A DNA stretch of 64,000 nucleotides from the NCBI GenBank assembly GCA_014653455.1, contig JACWEN010000001.1, forward strand, positions 12,945-76,944. The letters are read 5' to 3'. This document shows positions 18,475-30,166 of this stretch, piece by piece. The position numbers and the translations under genes are program-made. Position 1 is the first letter of the stretch, and the number at the start of each line of letters is the position of its first letter. Below the pieces are notes generated by a model, which was not told where the DNA came from, ran no database searches, and was given only the letters and a program-made list of their open reading frames with translations. Source of the stretch: Pelagibacterales bacterium SAG-MED46. GTDB taxonomy: Bacteria; Pseudomonadota; Alphaproteobacteria; Pelagibacterales; Pelagibacteraceae.

Positions 18475-20085
18475 ATGAATAAAGTATTTGAATTTTTAGA
18501 TAAAACCTTTCTAGATTTAGGTCGTCAATTTAAATGGACATACCTTCCTCCGTTGATGGTTTATGTTGCAGCAGGAATTTCAGGGTTAACAGGAATAGTT
18601 GGAACTTTTTTTGTAAAAGATTATTTAAATTTATCTGCAGCTTTTCTAGCGGGTCTTGGGTTTTGGGCAGGAATTCCATGGGCATTAAAAATGCCATTAG
18701 GTCATTTAGTTGATCTTATCTGGGAGAAAAAAAACTACATGGTTTATTTAGGAGCAACCTTAATAGCTATTAGTTTGTTAATAATGTTTGGACTTATTAT
18801 TCATACTGAAAAGATGTCTGAAATTTTTTCTGTTGAAACATGGTTTGTGATAAGTGTTATTTTAGCTCCTGTTGGTTATGTAATTCAAGATGTGGTAGCA
18901 GATGCAATGACTGTTGAGGCAGTTCCTTTAAACGATGATCAAGGAAAAGATTATACAAAAGATCAAATTAAAATAATGCATACTACTATGCAAACTCTTG
19001 GTCGGTTTGCAATAATAGGTGGGACTGTTTTGGTTGCATTAGCAAATGTTATATTATTTAGAGATGTTGAGGGTTTAGAACAAACAGATAAAATTCAACT
19101 GTATGGCTCGATTTATATCTATGCTTTAGTGATACCTGTTGTTTCAATTTTAGGCGTCATATTTGCTAATTATTTAAGAAATAAAAAAATTAAAATTTTA
19201 AAATTAAAGGGACTAGAATTTAAAGATGAAAGAGGAACTGAAAAAACAAAAATCAACTGGTGGATTTTAGGTGGAAGTTTGATATTTGTTATTTTTACTC
19301 TTTCTATTGGTTCATTTAACGTTCCTTTTGCTCAAGAAATAGTTTTTATTGGCTCAGTTATCATCATTTTATTTCTAATGTTTAAGCTTATCAAAGAGTT
19401 GCCTGAGAATTTAAGATTAACAATTGTTGGAACAGCAGTGATTATTTTTATTTTTCGAGCAATGCCTGGACCAGGACCAGGTTTAACTTGGTTTGAAATT
19501 GATGTCCTTCAATTTAATGAGCAATTTTTTTCAATTTTATCTTTACTGGCTTCAGTTTTAACTTTAGCTGGAATTGTTTTATTGAGACCTTTTATGGCTA
19601 ATAATTCAATAGCAAAAATAATAGTTGTTTTGAGTATTGCAGGGGCAATTTTATTTCTGCCTAGTATCGGAATGTATTATGGTTTTCATAACTGGACATC
19701 TTCTATTACTGGAGGTGTTATTGATGCTAAATTTATTGCAATAATTAATACAGCTTTAGAGTCTCCCTTGGGTCAAGTTTCAATGATTCCATTGCTTGCT
19801 TGGATTGCTAAAAATGCTCCAGCACATTTAAAAGCAACCTTTTTTGCAGTATTTGCATCATTTACGAATTTAGCATTATCTGCAAGCGCTCTTGGTACCA
19901 AATATTTAAACCAAATTTTTACAGTTACCAGAGAAGTTAAAGATAAAGTTTCAGGAGAAATTCAAACAACTGCTGACTATTCTGAACTTGGAATTCTATT
20001 AATCATAACAGTATTATTAACTTTAATTTTGCCTATTTTGTTTGTTTTTATAATTAATAATAGTAAATACAAAACAACAGAGTAA
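18475..20085 (+). CDS. MFS transporter, folate-biopterin (BT1)-like
   Basis: About 12 TM segments; PWALK...G...D and DVVADA..VE motifs. Confidence 0.7.
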   Translation: MNKVFEFLDKTFLDLGRQFKWTYLPPLMVYVAAGISGLTGIVGTFFVKDYLNLSAAFLAGLGFWAGIPWALKMPLGHLVDLIWEKKNYMVYLGATLIAISLLIMFGLIIHTEKMSEIFSVETWFVISVILAPVGYVIQDVVADAMTVEAVPLNDDQGKDYTKDQIKIMHTTMQTLGRFAIIGGTVLVALANVILFRDVEGLEQTDKIQLYGSIYIYALVIPVVSILGVIFANYLRNKKIKILKLKGLEFKDERGTEKTKINWWILGGSLIFVIFTLSIGSFNVPFAQEIVFIGSVIIILFLMFKLIKELPENLRLTIVGTAVIIFIFRAMPGPGPGLTWFEIDVLQFNEQFFSILSLLASVLTLAGIVLLRPFMANNSIAKIIVVLSIAGAILFLPSIGMYYGFHNWTSSITGGVIDAKFIAIINTALESPLGQVSMIPLLAWIAKNAPAHLKATFFAVFASFTNLALSASALGTKYLNQIFTVTREVKDKVSGEIQTTADYSELGILLIITVLLTLILPILFVFIINNSKYKTTE

Positions 20086-20131
20086 ATTAGTAATTTAATT
20101 GTTATTTCTATTTTAAAGTTATTATAAAATT

Positions 20132-20701
20132 ATGAAAAAAATTTTTTTGGTTTATGGTCACTATAATGAAAAATCATTCAATTCAGCAATAAGAGATACC
20201 TTTATTAAGTCTGTGGAGGAAAAAGGAAATAAAGTTGACGCTGTAGATCTGTATAAAGAAAAATTCGATCCTGTTTTTGCAGGTGAAGAGCCGGGTGATG
20301 ATGTGCTTAACCACCGTAAAAGAATTGAAGAATGCGATACCATTGTTTTAATAGCACCAATTTGGAATTTTAGAATGCCAGCAATTGTTGAGGGATGGAT
20401 AGATAAAGTCTTGGCACCACCTTGGGCTTTTAGATTTAAACAGCTGTGGGGCAACTATGGGTATCCAATTGGAAATTTAAGAAAAAAAAAAGCAATTATA
20501 TTTTGTACTTATGGCTCACCAAGATTAGCAATCACTACTTTTTTTTTAAACCTACCTATTAGAAGGTTAAAAAGAGGAGTATTTCATATGTGTGGCATAT
20601 ATAACATTGTCTATAGAAGATATTTTGCAGTACCATTTGTTAGTGATATTAAAAGAAAAGAATTTTTAGAAGATGTTAAAAAAACTGCAAACAACATTTA
20701 A
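20132..20701 (+). CDS. Flavodoxin-fold NAD(P)H:quinone oxidoreductase (KefF/MdaB-like)
   Basis: GH....SFN, DLY...FDP, PIWNFRMPA...GWIDKV. Confidence 0.88.
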   Translation: MKKIFLVYGHYNEKSFNSAIRDTFIKSVEEKGNKVDAVDLYKEKFDPVFAGEEPGDDVLNHRKRIEECDTIVLIAPIWNFRMPAIVEGWIDKVLAPPWAFRFKQLWGNYGYPIGNLRKKKAIIFCTYGSPRLAITTFFLNLPIRRLKRGVFHMCGIYNIVYRRYFAVPFVSDIKRKEFLEDVKKTANNI

Positions 20702-21146
20702 AATATTAATACTATTATTAATCTCAATTTCAATTTCTAAAGCAGAACTAATAATCCCAAGTAGTGATATTAAACCTGCAGAAGTCGTTAAGATTCAATT
20801 AGTGGGACTTCAAAATAATGACTCAAGATTTAAAGATAGTGGAATAGAGCAAACCTGGAACTTTGCACACCCAAATAATAGAAGAGTGACTGGACCATTA
20901 GATAATTTTAAAAGGATGCTAAAAGGGGACTCCTACCAGATGATGATTGATCATTTAAGTCACACTATAACTCAGCTTGGAAGTAGCGATAAATGGGCAC
21001 AATTTGAAGTAGTTATATTGGATAAGAATAAAATTTATCATAAGTTTAATTGGCAAGTTGAAAAATATACTTTAGAGGGAGCTTTTAAGAATTGTTGGCT
21101 GACTACTATGGTCTCAAATCCTATTCCATTAGGTAGCTCAATTTAA
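20673..21146 (+). CDS. Exported protein, DUF4864-like
   Basis: Signal-peptide-like N-terminus; QL..LQ.ND, W.FAHP, F..M....Y..M patterns. Confidence 0.55.
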   Translation: MLKKLQTTFKILILLLISISISKAELIIPSSDIKPAEVVKIQLVGLQNNDSRFKDSGIEQTWNFAHPNNRRVTGPLDNFKRMLKGDSYQMMIDHLSHTITQLGSSDKWAQFEVVILDKNKIYHKFNWQVEKYTLEGAFKNCWLTTMVSNPIPLGSSI

Positions 21147-21202
21147 TTCTCTATACATACAATTTTGTTTCGTTATTTCAAAAAATTTAGTAGGAATCGC
21201 TG

Positions 21203-23635
21203 ATGAAAACAAAAACAAAAGTTGTAGTAGTAGGTGGTGGTGTAGTAGGTGTTAGTGCTCTTTATCATTTAGCAAAAAAAGGTTGGTCAGATGTTGTTCT
21301 TGTAGAACGTAAAGAGTTAACCTCAGGTTCTACCTGGCATGCTGCAGGATTACTACCATTGTTTAATATGAGTTATTCAGTAGGACAGCTTCATAAATAT
21401 GCAGTTGATCTTTATAAAAAATTAGAGGAAGAAACTGGAAAAAATGTAGGCTTTAGTGTCGTATCAAATATTCGATTAGCAAGTACTAAAGATAGAATGG
21501 ATGAATATCATCAGTATGCTGGTGTTGCTCAAACAATAGGTGTTGATGTTAAATTTTTAACTCCAGATCAAGTAAAAGAAATTTGGCCTTTATGTCATAC
21601 TGATGACTTAGTTGGAGCTATCCAACATCCGGAAGATGGCTATATCCAACCAGCAGACTTAACACAAGCAATGGCAACAGGTGCAAGAAATATGGGTGCA
21701 GAAATTTATAGAAACACATCTGTTATATCTATGAAACAAACAAAAGATGGTTGGGTTGTTGAAACAGATAAAGGATCAATAGAGTGTGAACATGTAATTT
21801 CTTGCTCAGGAAACTTTGCAAGACAAACAGGAGAAATGGTGGGGTTAGATATACCGGTGATACCTGTTGAGCACCAATATATTGTAACTGAACCTCATCC
21901 TGAGATTCAAAAAAGAAAAAAAGATGGTTTACCAGAAATGGGAGTGCTTAGAGATAGTGATAGTAGATGGTATATGAGAGAAGAAGCAGGAGGATTGATC
22001 TTAGGTCCTTACGAAGATGGTGCACCAGCCTGTTATGTTGAAGGACCTTCAAAAAATTCTGAATATGAATTATTTCAAGAAGATTTAGACAGACTTGCTC
22101 CACACATAGAGGGAGCAATTCACCGTGTTCCTGCTTTTGGTGAAGTAGGTGTAAAAAAAGTTTATAATGGTGCAATTTGTTATACTCCTGATGGCAATCC
22201 AATAGTTGGTCCGGCTTGGGGATTGAAAAATTTTTGGATAAACGAGGGACATAGTTTTGGAATTACAGCTGCTGGTGGTGCAGGTTGGCAATTAGCTGAA
22301 TGGATAATAGATGGTGAACCAACTATTGATATGCTTGGAGTTGAGCCAAGACGTTACGGGAATTATGCAACTAAATCTTATTTAAAAGCAAAAAATGAAG
22401 AAGCTTATAGTCATGTATTTATTACACATTATCCAGACGAAGAGAGACCAGCCGCAAGACCTTTAAGAACTGCTCCTTGTTATGAAAGAATGAAAAAACT
22501 TGGTGCTGTATTTGGACAGAAATTTGGTTGGGAAAGGCCTAACTTTTTTGCAACTGATGGAATGGAGCAAAAAGATGATTGGTCTTTCAGAAGATCTAAG
22601 TGGTTTGAAGCAATTAGAAAAGAATGTGAGAATGTTAAAAAAAATGTTGGATTATTAGACATGACAGCCTTCGCAAAATGTAGAATTAAAGGTTCTAAAT
22701 CTGAAGAATTTTTAGACTATTTAGTAGCAAACAAACTTCCTAAAAAAATTGGAAGAATCAACTTATGTCACGCCCTGAATACAAAGGGAGGAGTTCACTC
22801 TGAGTTTACAATCATGAAGGAGGCTGAGAATAGTTATTATTTAGTGTCAGCAGGATCTAATTTAAGACTTGATCATGATTGGATACAAAAATGGATGCCC
22901 ACTGATGGTTCAGTAATATTTGAAGACTTAACAAATAGTACAGGAGTTCTTGTTGTAGCAGGACCAAAAGCTAGAGAATTAATGCAAAAAGTTTCTACTG
23001 ATGACTTTTCGAGTGAGAATTTTAAATGGTTAACTGCAAAAAATGTAGATGTAGGTTATGCACCAGTTAATGCTATGAGAGTAAATTTTGTAGGTGAATT
23101 AGGATGGGAGTTACATCATCCAATCGAATATCAAAATCACATATTTGATAAACTTATGGAAGCTGGAAAAGATTTAGGAATTAAACCATTTGGTATTAGA
23201 GCGATGAACAGTTTAAGATTGGAAAAATCATATAAATTAGTAGGCACAGAATTGTCTATTGAGTACTCACCTTACGAATCTGGTCTAGATAGATTTGTTC
23301 ACCCTAATAAAGGTAGTTTTATAGGTTTAGAGGCTCTTAATAAATGGAGAGAAAAAGGATTCGATAATAAATTGGTAACGTTAGAGGTTCACAATACAAA
23401 AGATGCTGATGTTTTAGGAAATAATCCAATTTATAAAGATAACAAAGTAGTCGGCAGAGCTACAGGAGGAGAGTTTGGTTTTAGATTGGATAAATCTATA
23501 GCATTAGCAATGGTTAAACCGGATTGTTCTAATGTGGGCGACAAATTACAAGTTGATATTTTAGGTGAAATGTACGACGCTACAGTATTAGATGAGAGTC
23601 CTTATGATTCTGAAAATAAATTACTGAGAGCTTAA
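21203..23635 (+). CDS. Dimethylglycine/sarcosine dehydrogenase-like FAD oxidoreductase with GcvT domain
   Basis: GGGVVG FAD motif, [39 protein letters not shown]; directly upstream of the ETF genes. Confidence 0.92.
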   Translation: MKTKTKVVVVGGGVVGVSALYHLAKKGWSDVVLVERKELTSGSTWHAAGLLPLFNMSYSVGQLHKYAVDLYKKLEEETGKNVGFSVVSNIRLASTKDRMDEYHQYAGVAQTIGVDVKFLTPDQVKEIWPLCHTDDLVGAIQHPEDGYIQPADLTQAMATGARNMGAEIYRNTSVISMKQTKDGWVVETDKGSIECEHVISCSGNFARQTGEMVGLDIPVIPVEHQYIVTEPHPEIQKRKKDGLPEMGVLRDSDSRWYMREEAGGLILGPYEDGAPACYVEGPSKNSEYELFQEDLDRLAPHIEGAIHRVPAFGEVGVKKVYNGAICYTPDGNPIVGPAWGLKNFWINEGHSFGITAAGGAGWQLAEWIIDGEPTIDMLGVEPRRYGNYATKSYLKAKNEEAYSHVFITHYPDEERPAARPLRTAPCYERMKKLGAVFGQKFGWERPNFFATDGMEQKDDWSFRRSKWFEAIRKECENVKKNVGLLDMTAFAKCRIKGSKSEEFLDYLVANKLPKKIGRINLCHALNTKGGVHSEFTIMKEAENSYYLVSAGSNLRLDHDWIQKWMPTDGSVIFEDLTNSTGVLVVAGPKARELMQKVSTDDFSSENFKWLTAKNVDVGYAPVNAMRVNFVGELGWELHHPIEYQNHIFDKLMEAGKDLGIKPFGIRAMNSLRLEKSYKLVGTELSIEYSPYESGLDRFVHPNKGSFIGLEALNKWREKGFDNKLVTLEVHNTKDADVLGNNPIYKDNKVVGRATGGEFGFRLDKSIALAMVKPDCSNVGDKLQVDILGEMYDATVLDESPYDSENKLLRA

Positions 23636-24384
23636 TGAAAATATTAGTCGCTGTTAAAAGAGTTATTGATTATAACGTTCAGATAAGAGTTAAAGATGAT
23701 GGCACAGGAATAGTTACTGACAATGTTAAGATGTCCACTAATCCACCAGATGATAATGCAATCGAAGAAGCTGTAAAAATTAAAGAGTCAGGTAAAGCTA
23801 CTGAAGTCGTAGCAGTTACTGTAGGTGAGGAAAAAGCTCAAGAAACTGTTAGAAAGGCTCTAGCAGTTGGAGCCGACAGGGGTATTCATGTAAAAGCTGA
23901 TGGTATTATAGAACCTTTAGCAGTTTCTAAAATTTTAAAAAAAATTGTAGATAAAGAAAAACCTGATTTGGTATTTATGGGTAAACAAGCTATAGATGAT
24001 GACTGCAATCAAACTGGTCAAATGTTAAGCGCTTTACTGGAATGGCCTCAAGCTACTTTTGCTTCAAAAATAGATTTAGAAGATAAAAAATTAAAAGTTA
24101 TAAGAGAAATAGATGAAGGTTTAGAAACAATTGAAATTAGTACACCTGCAATAGTAACTTGTGATTTAAGATTAAATGAACCTAGATACGCTTCATTACC
24201 AAATATAATGAAAGCAAAGAAAAAACCTATTGAACAAATGAATGCATCAGATCTTGGCGTTGATATTGCTCCAAAAATACAACAGATAAAAGTCGAAGAA
24301 CCACCAAAACGAAAAGCTGGAATTAAAGTTTCAAGCGTTGCTGAACTGGTTCAAAAATTAAAAAATGAGGCAAAAGTAATATAA
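23635..24384 (+). CDS. etfB: Electron transfer flavoprotein beta subunit
   Basis: [46 protein letters not shown]. Confidence 0.97.
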   Translation: MKILVAVKRVIDYNVQIRVKDDGTGIVTDNVKMSTNPPDDNAIEEAVKIKESGKATEVVAVTVGEEKAQETVRKALAVGADRGIHVKADGIIEPLAVSKILKKIVDKEKPDLVFMGKQAIDDDCNQTGQMLSALLEWPQATFASKIDLEDKKLKVIREIDEGLETIEISTPAIVTCDLRLNEPRYASLPNIMKAKKKPIEQMNASDLGVDIAPKIQQIKVEEPPKRKAGIKVSSVAELVQKLKNEAKVI

Positions 24385-25337
24385 TGTCAGTATTATTAAT
24401 AGCAGAGCATAATAATAAAGAACTTAAATCATTTACTTTGAACGCTGTAACAGCAGCTTCTCAAATAGATAGTGATGTTCATGCGTTAGTTATTGGAAAT
24501 GAGTGTGGGGATGCTGCAAAAGCCGCATCAGAGTTACCTTTAGTTAAGAAAGTGATTACAGTAGAGGCTACACATTATGAAAATTTTTTAGCAGAAAACT
24601 TTGCTCCAGTTATCCTTAAACTTGCAGATAATTACTCACATTTAGTTTGTTCGGCTAATACTTTTGGTAAAAATTTGATGCCGAGAATTGCAGCAAAATT
24701 AGATACATCACAGGTAAGTGATATTATCAAAGTAGAGTCCGCAGATACTTTTGTTAGACCTATTTATGCAGGAAATGCTTTTGCAACGGTTAAAAGCACT
24801 GATGCAAAAAAATGTATTACTATTAGGCCAACATCTTTTGAGCCATGTGAAAGTTCTGGTGGTTCAGCACCAATTGAAACTGCTGATGCAGGAGAAGAAT
24901 TTTCACTAACAAAATTTATAAAAAGAGAAGAAATCAAATCAGATAGACCTGAACTTGGTACTGCAAGAATAGTAGTATCTGGTGGAAGAGGGATGCAAAG
25001 TGGAGATAACTTTAAATTAATTACCTCAATTGCAGATAAATTAAATGCAGCAATAGGCGCTTCAAGAGCGGCAGTTGATGCTGGTTATATCAGTAATGAC
25101 CACCAAGTTGGACAAACAGGTAAAGTAGTTGTTCCAGATTTATATATTGCAGTTGGAATTTCAGGAGCTATTCAACATTTAGCAGGAATGAAAGAGAGTA
25201 AAATAATCGTTGCAATTAATAAAGATGGAGAAGCTCCAATCTTTAGTGTTGCAGATTATGGTTTAGAAGCAGATCTATTTGATGCTTTGCCACAATTCTT
25301 AGAAGAGCTGAACAAATTAAACACTATACAAAAATAA
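24384..25337 (+). CDS. etfA: Electron transfer flavoprotein alpha subunit
   Basis: RPIYAGNA, SGGRG, GASRAAVDAG, QVGQTGK, GISGAIQHLAGMK. Confidence 0.97.
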   Translation: MSVLLIAEHNNKELKSFTLNAVTAASQIDSDVHALVIGNECGDAAKAASELPLVKKVITVEATHYENFLAENFAPVILKLADNYSHLVCSANTFGKNLMPRIAAKLDTSQVSDIIKVESADTFVRPIYAGNAFATVKSTDAKKCITIRPTSFEPCESSGGSAPIETADAGEEFSLTKFIKREEIKSDRPELGTARIVVSGGRGMQSGDNFKLITSIADKLNAAIGASRAAVDAGYISNDHQVGQTGKVVVPDLYIAVGISGAIQHLAGMKESKIIVAINKDGEAPIFSVADYGLEADLFDALPQFLEELNKLNTIQK

Positions 25338-25359
25338 TTCTTAAAGATAAAAATATCAT

Positions 25360-26979
25360 ATGGGTAGAGAGTCGATGGAGTATGATGTGGTAATTATTGG
25401 AGGAGGTCCCTCTGGGTTATCAACAGCAATTAAACTTAAACAGCTTGATGCAAATTTAAATGTTTGTTTATTAGAAAAAGCCTCAGAGATTGGTGCTCAT
25501 ATTTTAAGTGGCAATGTTTTTGAAACACGAGCTTTAGATGAGCTATTACCAAATTGGAAAGAGCTAAACTCACCAATTAAAACTAAAGTTTCAAAAGAAA
25601 AATTTTTATTTTTAGGTAAAACCAAGTCAATTAGTTGGCCAACATGGTTACTTCCCAAGGTTCAACAAAATCATAACAATTATATTATTAGTTTAGCAAA
25701 TTTATGTAGGTGGCTTGCAGAACAAGCTGAGGCTTTAGGTGTTGAAATTTTTCCAGGGTTTCCTGCGAGTGAAATTTTATACAATGAAGATGGCTCTGTT
25801 AAAGGTGTTGCAACTCAAGATATGGGTATTGATAAAGAGGGAAATCAAAAAGATAGTTTTGAACCAGGTATAGAATTATTAGGTAAAGTTACTGTTTTTG
25901 CAGAAGGATGTAGAGGTCACCTAGGAAAAAAATTAATTGAAAAATTTAATCTTTCAAAAGACAAAGATCCTCAACAGTATGGAATTGGTTTTAAAGAAAT
26001 ATGGGAAATAGAAGATAAAAATCATGAAGAAGGAATGGTGATGCATACTGCTGGATGGCCACTGGATAATAATACTTATGGTGGGAGCTTCATGTATCAT
26101 GCAGAAAATAAACAAGTATTTTTAGGGTATGTAATAGGTTTAGATTATAAAAACCCTTATCTTTCTCCATATGATGAATTTCAAAGGTTTAAAACACATC
26201 CTTCAATCAAAAAAATAATAGAAGGTGGGAAGAGAATTTCTTATGGTGCGCGTGCATTAATTGAAGGCGGGCTTCAAAGTTTGCCTCAAATGTTTATGCC
26301 AGGAGCATTACTAGTTGGTTGTGATGCTGGAACATTAAATATGCCGAAAATAAAGGGTTCTCATACTGCAATGAAAAGTGGAATGATTGCTGCGGAGACA
26401 ATAATTGAAAACATTAAAGAAAATAAAAATTTATCAATTTATAATGAAAAATTTAAAAAAAGTTGGGTTTATGAAGAACTTCATGCAGCTCGTAATGTAA
26501 AACCTAGTTTTAGTTGGGGTTTAATACTTGGAATAATATTTACAGGAATTGACCAAATTTTATTTAAAGGAAAATTACCTTTTACTCTAAAACACAAGCA
26601 TGCTGATCATGAAACTTTAAAACCAGCAAATGAGATGTCTAAAATAGATTATCCAAAATATGATAATGTTATTACCTTTGATAAAACAAGCTCAGTTTAT
26701 TTAACAGGTACAAATCATGCTGAAAATCAACCTGTTCACTTGAAGCTTAAAGATCCTAATTTACCAATTAATTATACTTTAGAAAAATTTGATGAACCTG
26801 CCCAAAGATATTGTCCAGCAGGTGTTTATGAAGTTCAAAAAGAAAATGATATAAATAAATTTGTGATTAATTCACAAAATTGTATTCACTGTAAAACCTG
26901 TGATATTAAAGAGCCATCTCAAAATATTACTTGGGTTACACCAGAAGGCAGCGGTGGACCTAAATACGGCAATATGTAG
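25360..26979 (+). CDS. ETF-ubiquinone oxidoreductase
   Basis: GGGPSGL, GAHILSG, KIKGSHTAMKSG, YCPAGVYE, NCIHCKTCDIK [4Fe-4S]. Confidence 0.96.
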   Translation: MGRESMEYDVVIIGGGPSGLSTAIKLKQLDANLNVCLLEKASEIGAHILSGNVFETRALDELLPNWKELNSPIKTKVSKEKFLFLGKTKSISWPTWLLPKVQQNHNNYIISLANLCRWLAEQAEALGVEIFPGFPASEILYNEDGSVKGVATQDMGIDKEGNQKDSFEPGIELLGKVTVFAEGCRGHLGKKLIEKFNLSKDKDPQQYGIGFKEIWEIEDKNHEEGMVMHTAGWPLDNNTYGGSFMYHAENKQVFLGYVIGLDYKNPYLSPYDEFQRFKTHPSIKKIIEGGKRISYGARALIEGGLQSLPQMFMPGALLVGCDAGTLNMPKIKGSHTAMKSGMIAAETIIENIKENKNLSIYNEKFKKSWVYEELHAARNVKPSFSWGLILGIIFTGIDQILFKGKLPFTLKHKHADHETLKPANEMSKIDYPKYDNVITFDKTSSVYLTGTNHAENQPVHLKLKDPNLPINYTLEKFDEPAQRYCPAGVYEVQKENDINKFVINSQNCIHCKTCDIKEPSQNITWVTPEGSGGPKYGNM

Positions 26980-26980
26980 T

Positions 26981-27358
26981 TTAAGATAAATCTATTGCAA
27001 ACTTCTTTAAAGTTTCAATAGGTACGTGTTTTAATGTATTTTTATGAGTTCTCTTTAAAAATATAGGACAACCTTTTCCTGCTTCAACTGCTTTTGCATA
27101 CCAACTAGCACAAACACACCATCCATCACCATCTTTTAAACCTGGAAATCCAAATTCAGGGTGAGGCGTAATTAAATCGTTACCTTCAATTTTTAACCAT
27201 TCTAAAAATTCAGTTGTAACTTTTGCACAAACAGTATGAATACCATGATCATTTTCATCTGTATTGCAGCATCCATCACGATACCAACCCGTTAAAGGAT
27301 CATTAGAGCATTCTTCCAGGTCTTCGTCTAAAACATTTTTTTGAATTTTTTTGCTCAT
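26981..27358 (-). CDS. DUF2237 family protein
   Basis: CS.DP.TG.YRDG.C, H.VC, GNDL.TP.P.F.FPGLK.GD.WCVC. Confidence 0.9.
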   Translation of the reverse strand: MSKKIQKNVLDEDLEECSNDPLTGWYRDGCCNTDENDHGIHTVCAKVTTEFLEWLKIEGNDLITPHPEFGFPGLKDGDGWCVCASWYAKAVEAGKGCPIFLKRTHKNTLKHVPIETLKKFAIDLS

Positions 27359-27363
27359 AAAAA

Positions 27364-27990
27364 TTAAAGTAATACGATTTTTTCGTCTATATTAGCGTTA
27401 AAAGATAAAGATCTTCTTTCACCTTCACCATAATAAGGATTAACTGAATGTAATAAATAAGATGGAAAAATATAAAAATCTCCTATTACTGGAGCAACTG
27501 TATGTACAGAGGGAGAATTAAAAGATCTTCTACCATCTATAAAATTAATCGATCCATTATAATTTACTTTTTTTGTTTGTTGAAAATTTTTTCCAAAGTC
27601 TTTAGGTAATTTTAAATAACCGACACCAGAAATATGTCCATTATGTTGATGAGGAGGATTATATTCATTTTCAAATTGTCTAACAACCCAACTAGAATAA
27701 ACATTTAATTTAGTTATTTTTTTACCTTCAGTACTTGTAATCCACTTTTCAATTGCAGCTGCTAATATATTTAATAAACCTGATGATTTAATAAAGTCTC
27801 CATTAATTTTTAATTCTTGTTTAACATTTCCAGCTAAATTTGGTCCATTGTCTAACTCTTTTGATTTTTTTTCATCAAGAATTATTTCATCAACATAATC
27901 ATTTATAATTTTAATAACATCTAATGTAACTGAAAATTTTCCTATTGTAGGCCCAAAAGGTCTTAAGAGATGAAGTTTATTATCTAACAT
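27364..27990 (-). CDS. Putative Fe(II)/2OG oxygenase (TIGR02466/2OG-FeII_Oxy_5-like)
   Basis: SW, YNPPHQH...SGVGYL..P, G..YIFPS.L.HSV.P, RRSLSFN. ATG 27990 preferred because 28071 would overlap hisI. Confidence 0.75.
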   Translation of the reverse strand: MLDNKLHLLRPFGPTIGKFSVTLDVIKIINDYVDEIILDEKKSKELDNGPNLAGNVKQELKINGDFIKSSGLLNILAAAIEKWITSTEGKKITKLNVYSSWVVRQFENEYNPPHQHNGHISGVGYLKLPKDFGKNFQQTKKVNYNGSINFIDGRRSFNSPSVHTVAPVIGDFYIFPSYLLHSVNPYYGEGERRSLSFNANIDEKIVLL

Positions 27991-28000
27991 TTGATTTATA

Positions 28001-28468
28001 TCAAATTTTAGTTGGATTAGGTTGACCTTTATAAACTTCTTCAGGATCAAATTTTTTTTCTTTTTCTTCAAACTTCATTTTAATATCTCGGCCATTATCA
28101 ATTGGCCCCATTGGTATAGATCTATAAAAACAAGATCTATATCCTACATGACAGCTTGAACCATCTCCAATATCAACAGTCATCCACAAAGAGTCTTGAT
28201 CATCATCAATTCTCAATTCTGTTACTTTTTGAATAAATCCACTGGTTTTACCTTTATGCCAAATAGCCTTTCTAGATCTACTGAAATAATGAGCCTCCTT
28301 AGTTTCAATTGTTTTCATTAAAGCTTCAACATTCATGTAGCCATGCATTAAAATATCTTTAGTTCTAGAGCACATTGTAACAACAGGAATTAAGCCATCA
28401 TTATCAAATTTAGGTGAAAGTAAATTTCCTTCCTCAATTTCTACGACATTTTCTCTTTTTTTGAACAT
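28001..28468 (-). CDS. hisI: Phosphoribosyl-AMP cyclohydrolase
   Basis: GLIPVV, LM.GYMN.EAL, YFSRSR..IW.KG.TSG, D.DQD, CH.G.RSCF. Confidence 0.93.
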   Translation of the reverse strand: MFKKRENVVEIEEGNLLSPKFDNDGLIPVVTMCSRTKDILMHGYMNVEALMKTIETKEAHYFSRSRKAIWHKGKTSGFIQKVTELRIDDDQDSLWMTVDIGDGSSCHVGYRSCFYRSIPMGPIDNGRDIKMKFEEKEKKFDPEEVYKGQPNPTKI

Positions 28469-28545
28469 ATGGTGTGATTATGTAGCATATATATAAATAT
28501 ATTAAATATTTTTAAAATTAAGTAATTACTGTATAAACAGGCGCT

Positions 28546-29163
28546 ATGAAATTAGTAAAAGACAATGAAAACAAAATTATAGAGGCAAATAAAGTTTCAG
28601 ATAAAGAAGCTGAAGAAGCATTTAAAACAATATTATCTTGGATAGGAGAAGATCCGGCAAGAGAAGGATTATTAGAAACACCTAAAAGAGTAGTTAAAGC
28701 ATATAAAGAGTACTTCAGTGGATATAATGAAGATCCCACTAAAATTTTAGACAAAACCTTTGGAGATGTTGACGGTTATGATGATATGGTCATCCAAAAA
28801 AATATTTCAGTACAAAGTCATTGTGAACATCACATGGCACCAATTATTGGAAAGGCCCATGTTGCATATATTCCAAAAGAAAGAGTTGTCGGATTAAGTA
28901 AACTAGCAAGAGTCGTTGAAGTTTTTTCAAAAAGACTACAAACTCAAGAAAGATTAACGATGCAAATTGCAAAAACTTTGATGGATTCTTTAGACGCTAA
29001 AGGTGTTGCTGTAACAATTGACTCTACTCATCAGTGTATGACAATGAGAGGAATAAAGAAAGAACAAGCATCAACAGTAACAAACTATTATTTAGGTAAG
29101 TTTAAAGATGATCTAAGTTACCAAAATAGATATTTAAGATTTATTAGTATTTCAAAAGATTAA
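28546..29163 (+). CDS. folE: GTP cyclohydrolase I
   Basis: GEDP.REGL.ETP.RV, SHCEHH, GLSKLAR, RLQTQERLT, HQCMTMRG. Confidence 0.97.
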   Translation: MKLVKDNENKIIEANKVSDKEAEEAFKTILSWIGEDPAREGLLETPKRVVKAYKEYFSGYNEDPTKILDKTFGDVDGYDDMVIQKNISVQSHCEHHMAPIIGKAHVAYIPKERVVGLSKLARVVEVFSKRLQTQERLTMQIAKTLMDSLDAKGVAVTIDSTHQCMTMRGIKKEQASTVTNYYLGKFKDDLSYQNRYLRFISISKD

Positions 29164-29164
29164 A

Positions 29165-30166
29165 GTGTCAGATCAATTTAAAGCATTAATCATCGATCAA
29201 GAGGGTGAAAGTTTTACTAGAGAAGTAAAACCAGTTGATAAAAGTTTTTTAAAACATGGTGATGTAACCATTAAAGTAGATTATTCTGACCTTAATTATA
29301 AAGATGGAATGATTTTAAAAAATGGAGGAAGGTTAGTTAAAGAATTTCCTCATATTCCAGGTATAGATTTTTCAGGTACAGTTTTAGAAAGCGAAAATTC
29401 AAAATTTAATGAAGGTGATGAAGTAATTTTAACTGGTTTTAGAGTGGGTGAAGTTTTTTTTGGGGGATATTCACAAATAGCAAAAGTTAGTGCAGATTTT
29501 TTAGTCAAAAGACCAAAAGATCTAACAAGCAGACAAGCAATGATTTTAGGAACTGCTGGCTTTACTTCATTAATGAGTGCATTTGCAATTCAAGCAAGAG
29601 AAAGTATTTTGCTAGGAGAAAAAGTTAATGATGTTTTGGTAACGGGAGCTACTGGAGGAGTGGGTAGTGTAGCAGTCATGGTTTTAACAAAGTTAGGGTA
29701 CAATGTTACTGCAGTTACAGGAAAAGAATCTAAAGCTGATTATTTAAAATCGTTAGGTGCAAAAAACGTTGTAAATAGGTCTGAATTTGACAAAGATCCA
29801 AGGTTAATTGACAAAGGTCTGTGGGATGGTGTTGTTGATACTGTTGGAGGAAAAATTTTAGCTAATGCAATAGTTCAAACTAAACCCAATGGAATTATAG
29901 CTGTATGTGGTAATGCAAATAATAATGAACTTAATACAAGTGTTATTCCTTTTATGTTGAGAGGAATTAAACTTTGGGGAATAGACTCTGCAAACTGTAG
30001 TATTAAAAGAAGAGAATTTATATGGTCTGAAGCTTCAAAATTAATTGATTTTGATTTATTAGAAAAATCAATTATAATAGTTAGTTTGGAAGAATTAATT
30101 GATACTTATCCAAAAATTCTAAAAGGTGAAATTTCTGGAAGAGTTATAGTTGATTTAAATAAATAA
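29165..30166 (+). CDS. acuI: Acryloyl-CoA reductase AcuI/YhdH family (MDR)
   Basis: YS.LNYKD, PGIDFSG, AM.LGTAGFT, TGATGGVGS, DTVGG, PF.LRG..L.GIDS. Confidence 0.88.
   Translation: MSDQFKALIIDQEGESFTREVKPVDKSFLKHGDVTIKVDYSDLNYKDGMILKNGGRLVKEFPHIPGIDFSGTVLESENSKFNEGDEVILTGFRVGEVFFGGYSQIAKVSADFLVKRPKDLTSRQAMILGTAGFTSLMSAFAIQARESILLGEKVNDVLVTGATGGVGSVAVMVLTKLGYNVTAVTGKESKADYLKSLGAKNVVNRSEFDKDPRLIDKGLWDGVVDTVGGKILANAIVQTKPNGIIAVCGNANNNELNTSVIPFMLRGIKLWGIDSANCSIKRREFIWSEASKLIDFDLLEKSIIIVSLEELIDTYPKILKGEISGRVIVDLNK

Noticed and set aside
7235..28754. Short opposite-strand ORFs (7235, 8185, 9039, 10753, 12714, 12967, 15266, 20161, 21948, 22085, 22480, 28518)
   Set aside because: All lie wholly or mostly antisense to well-supported genes and have no independent support.
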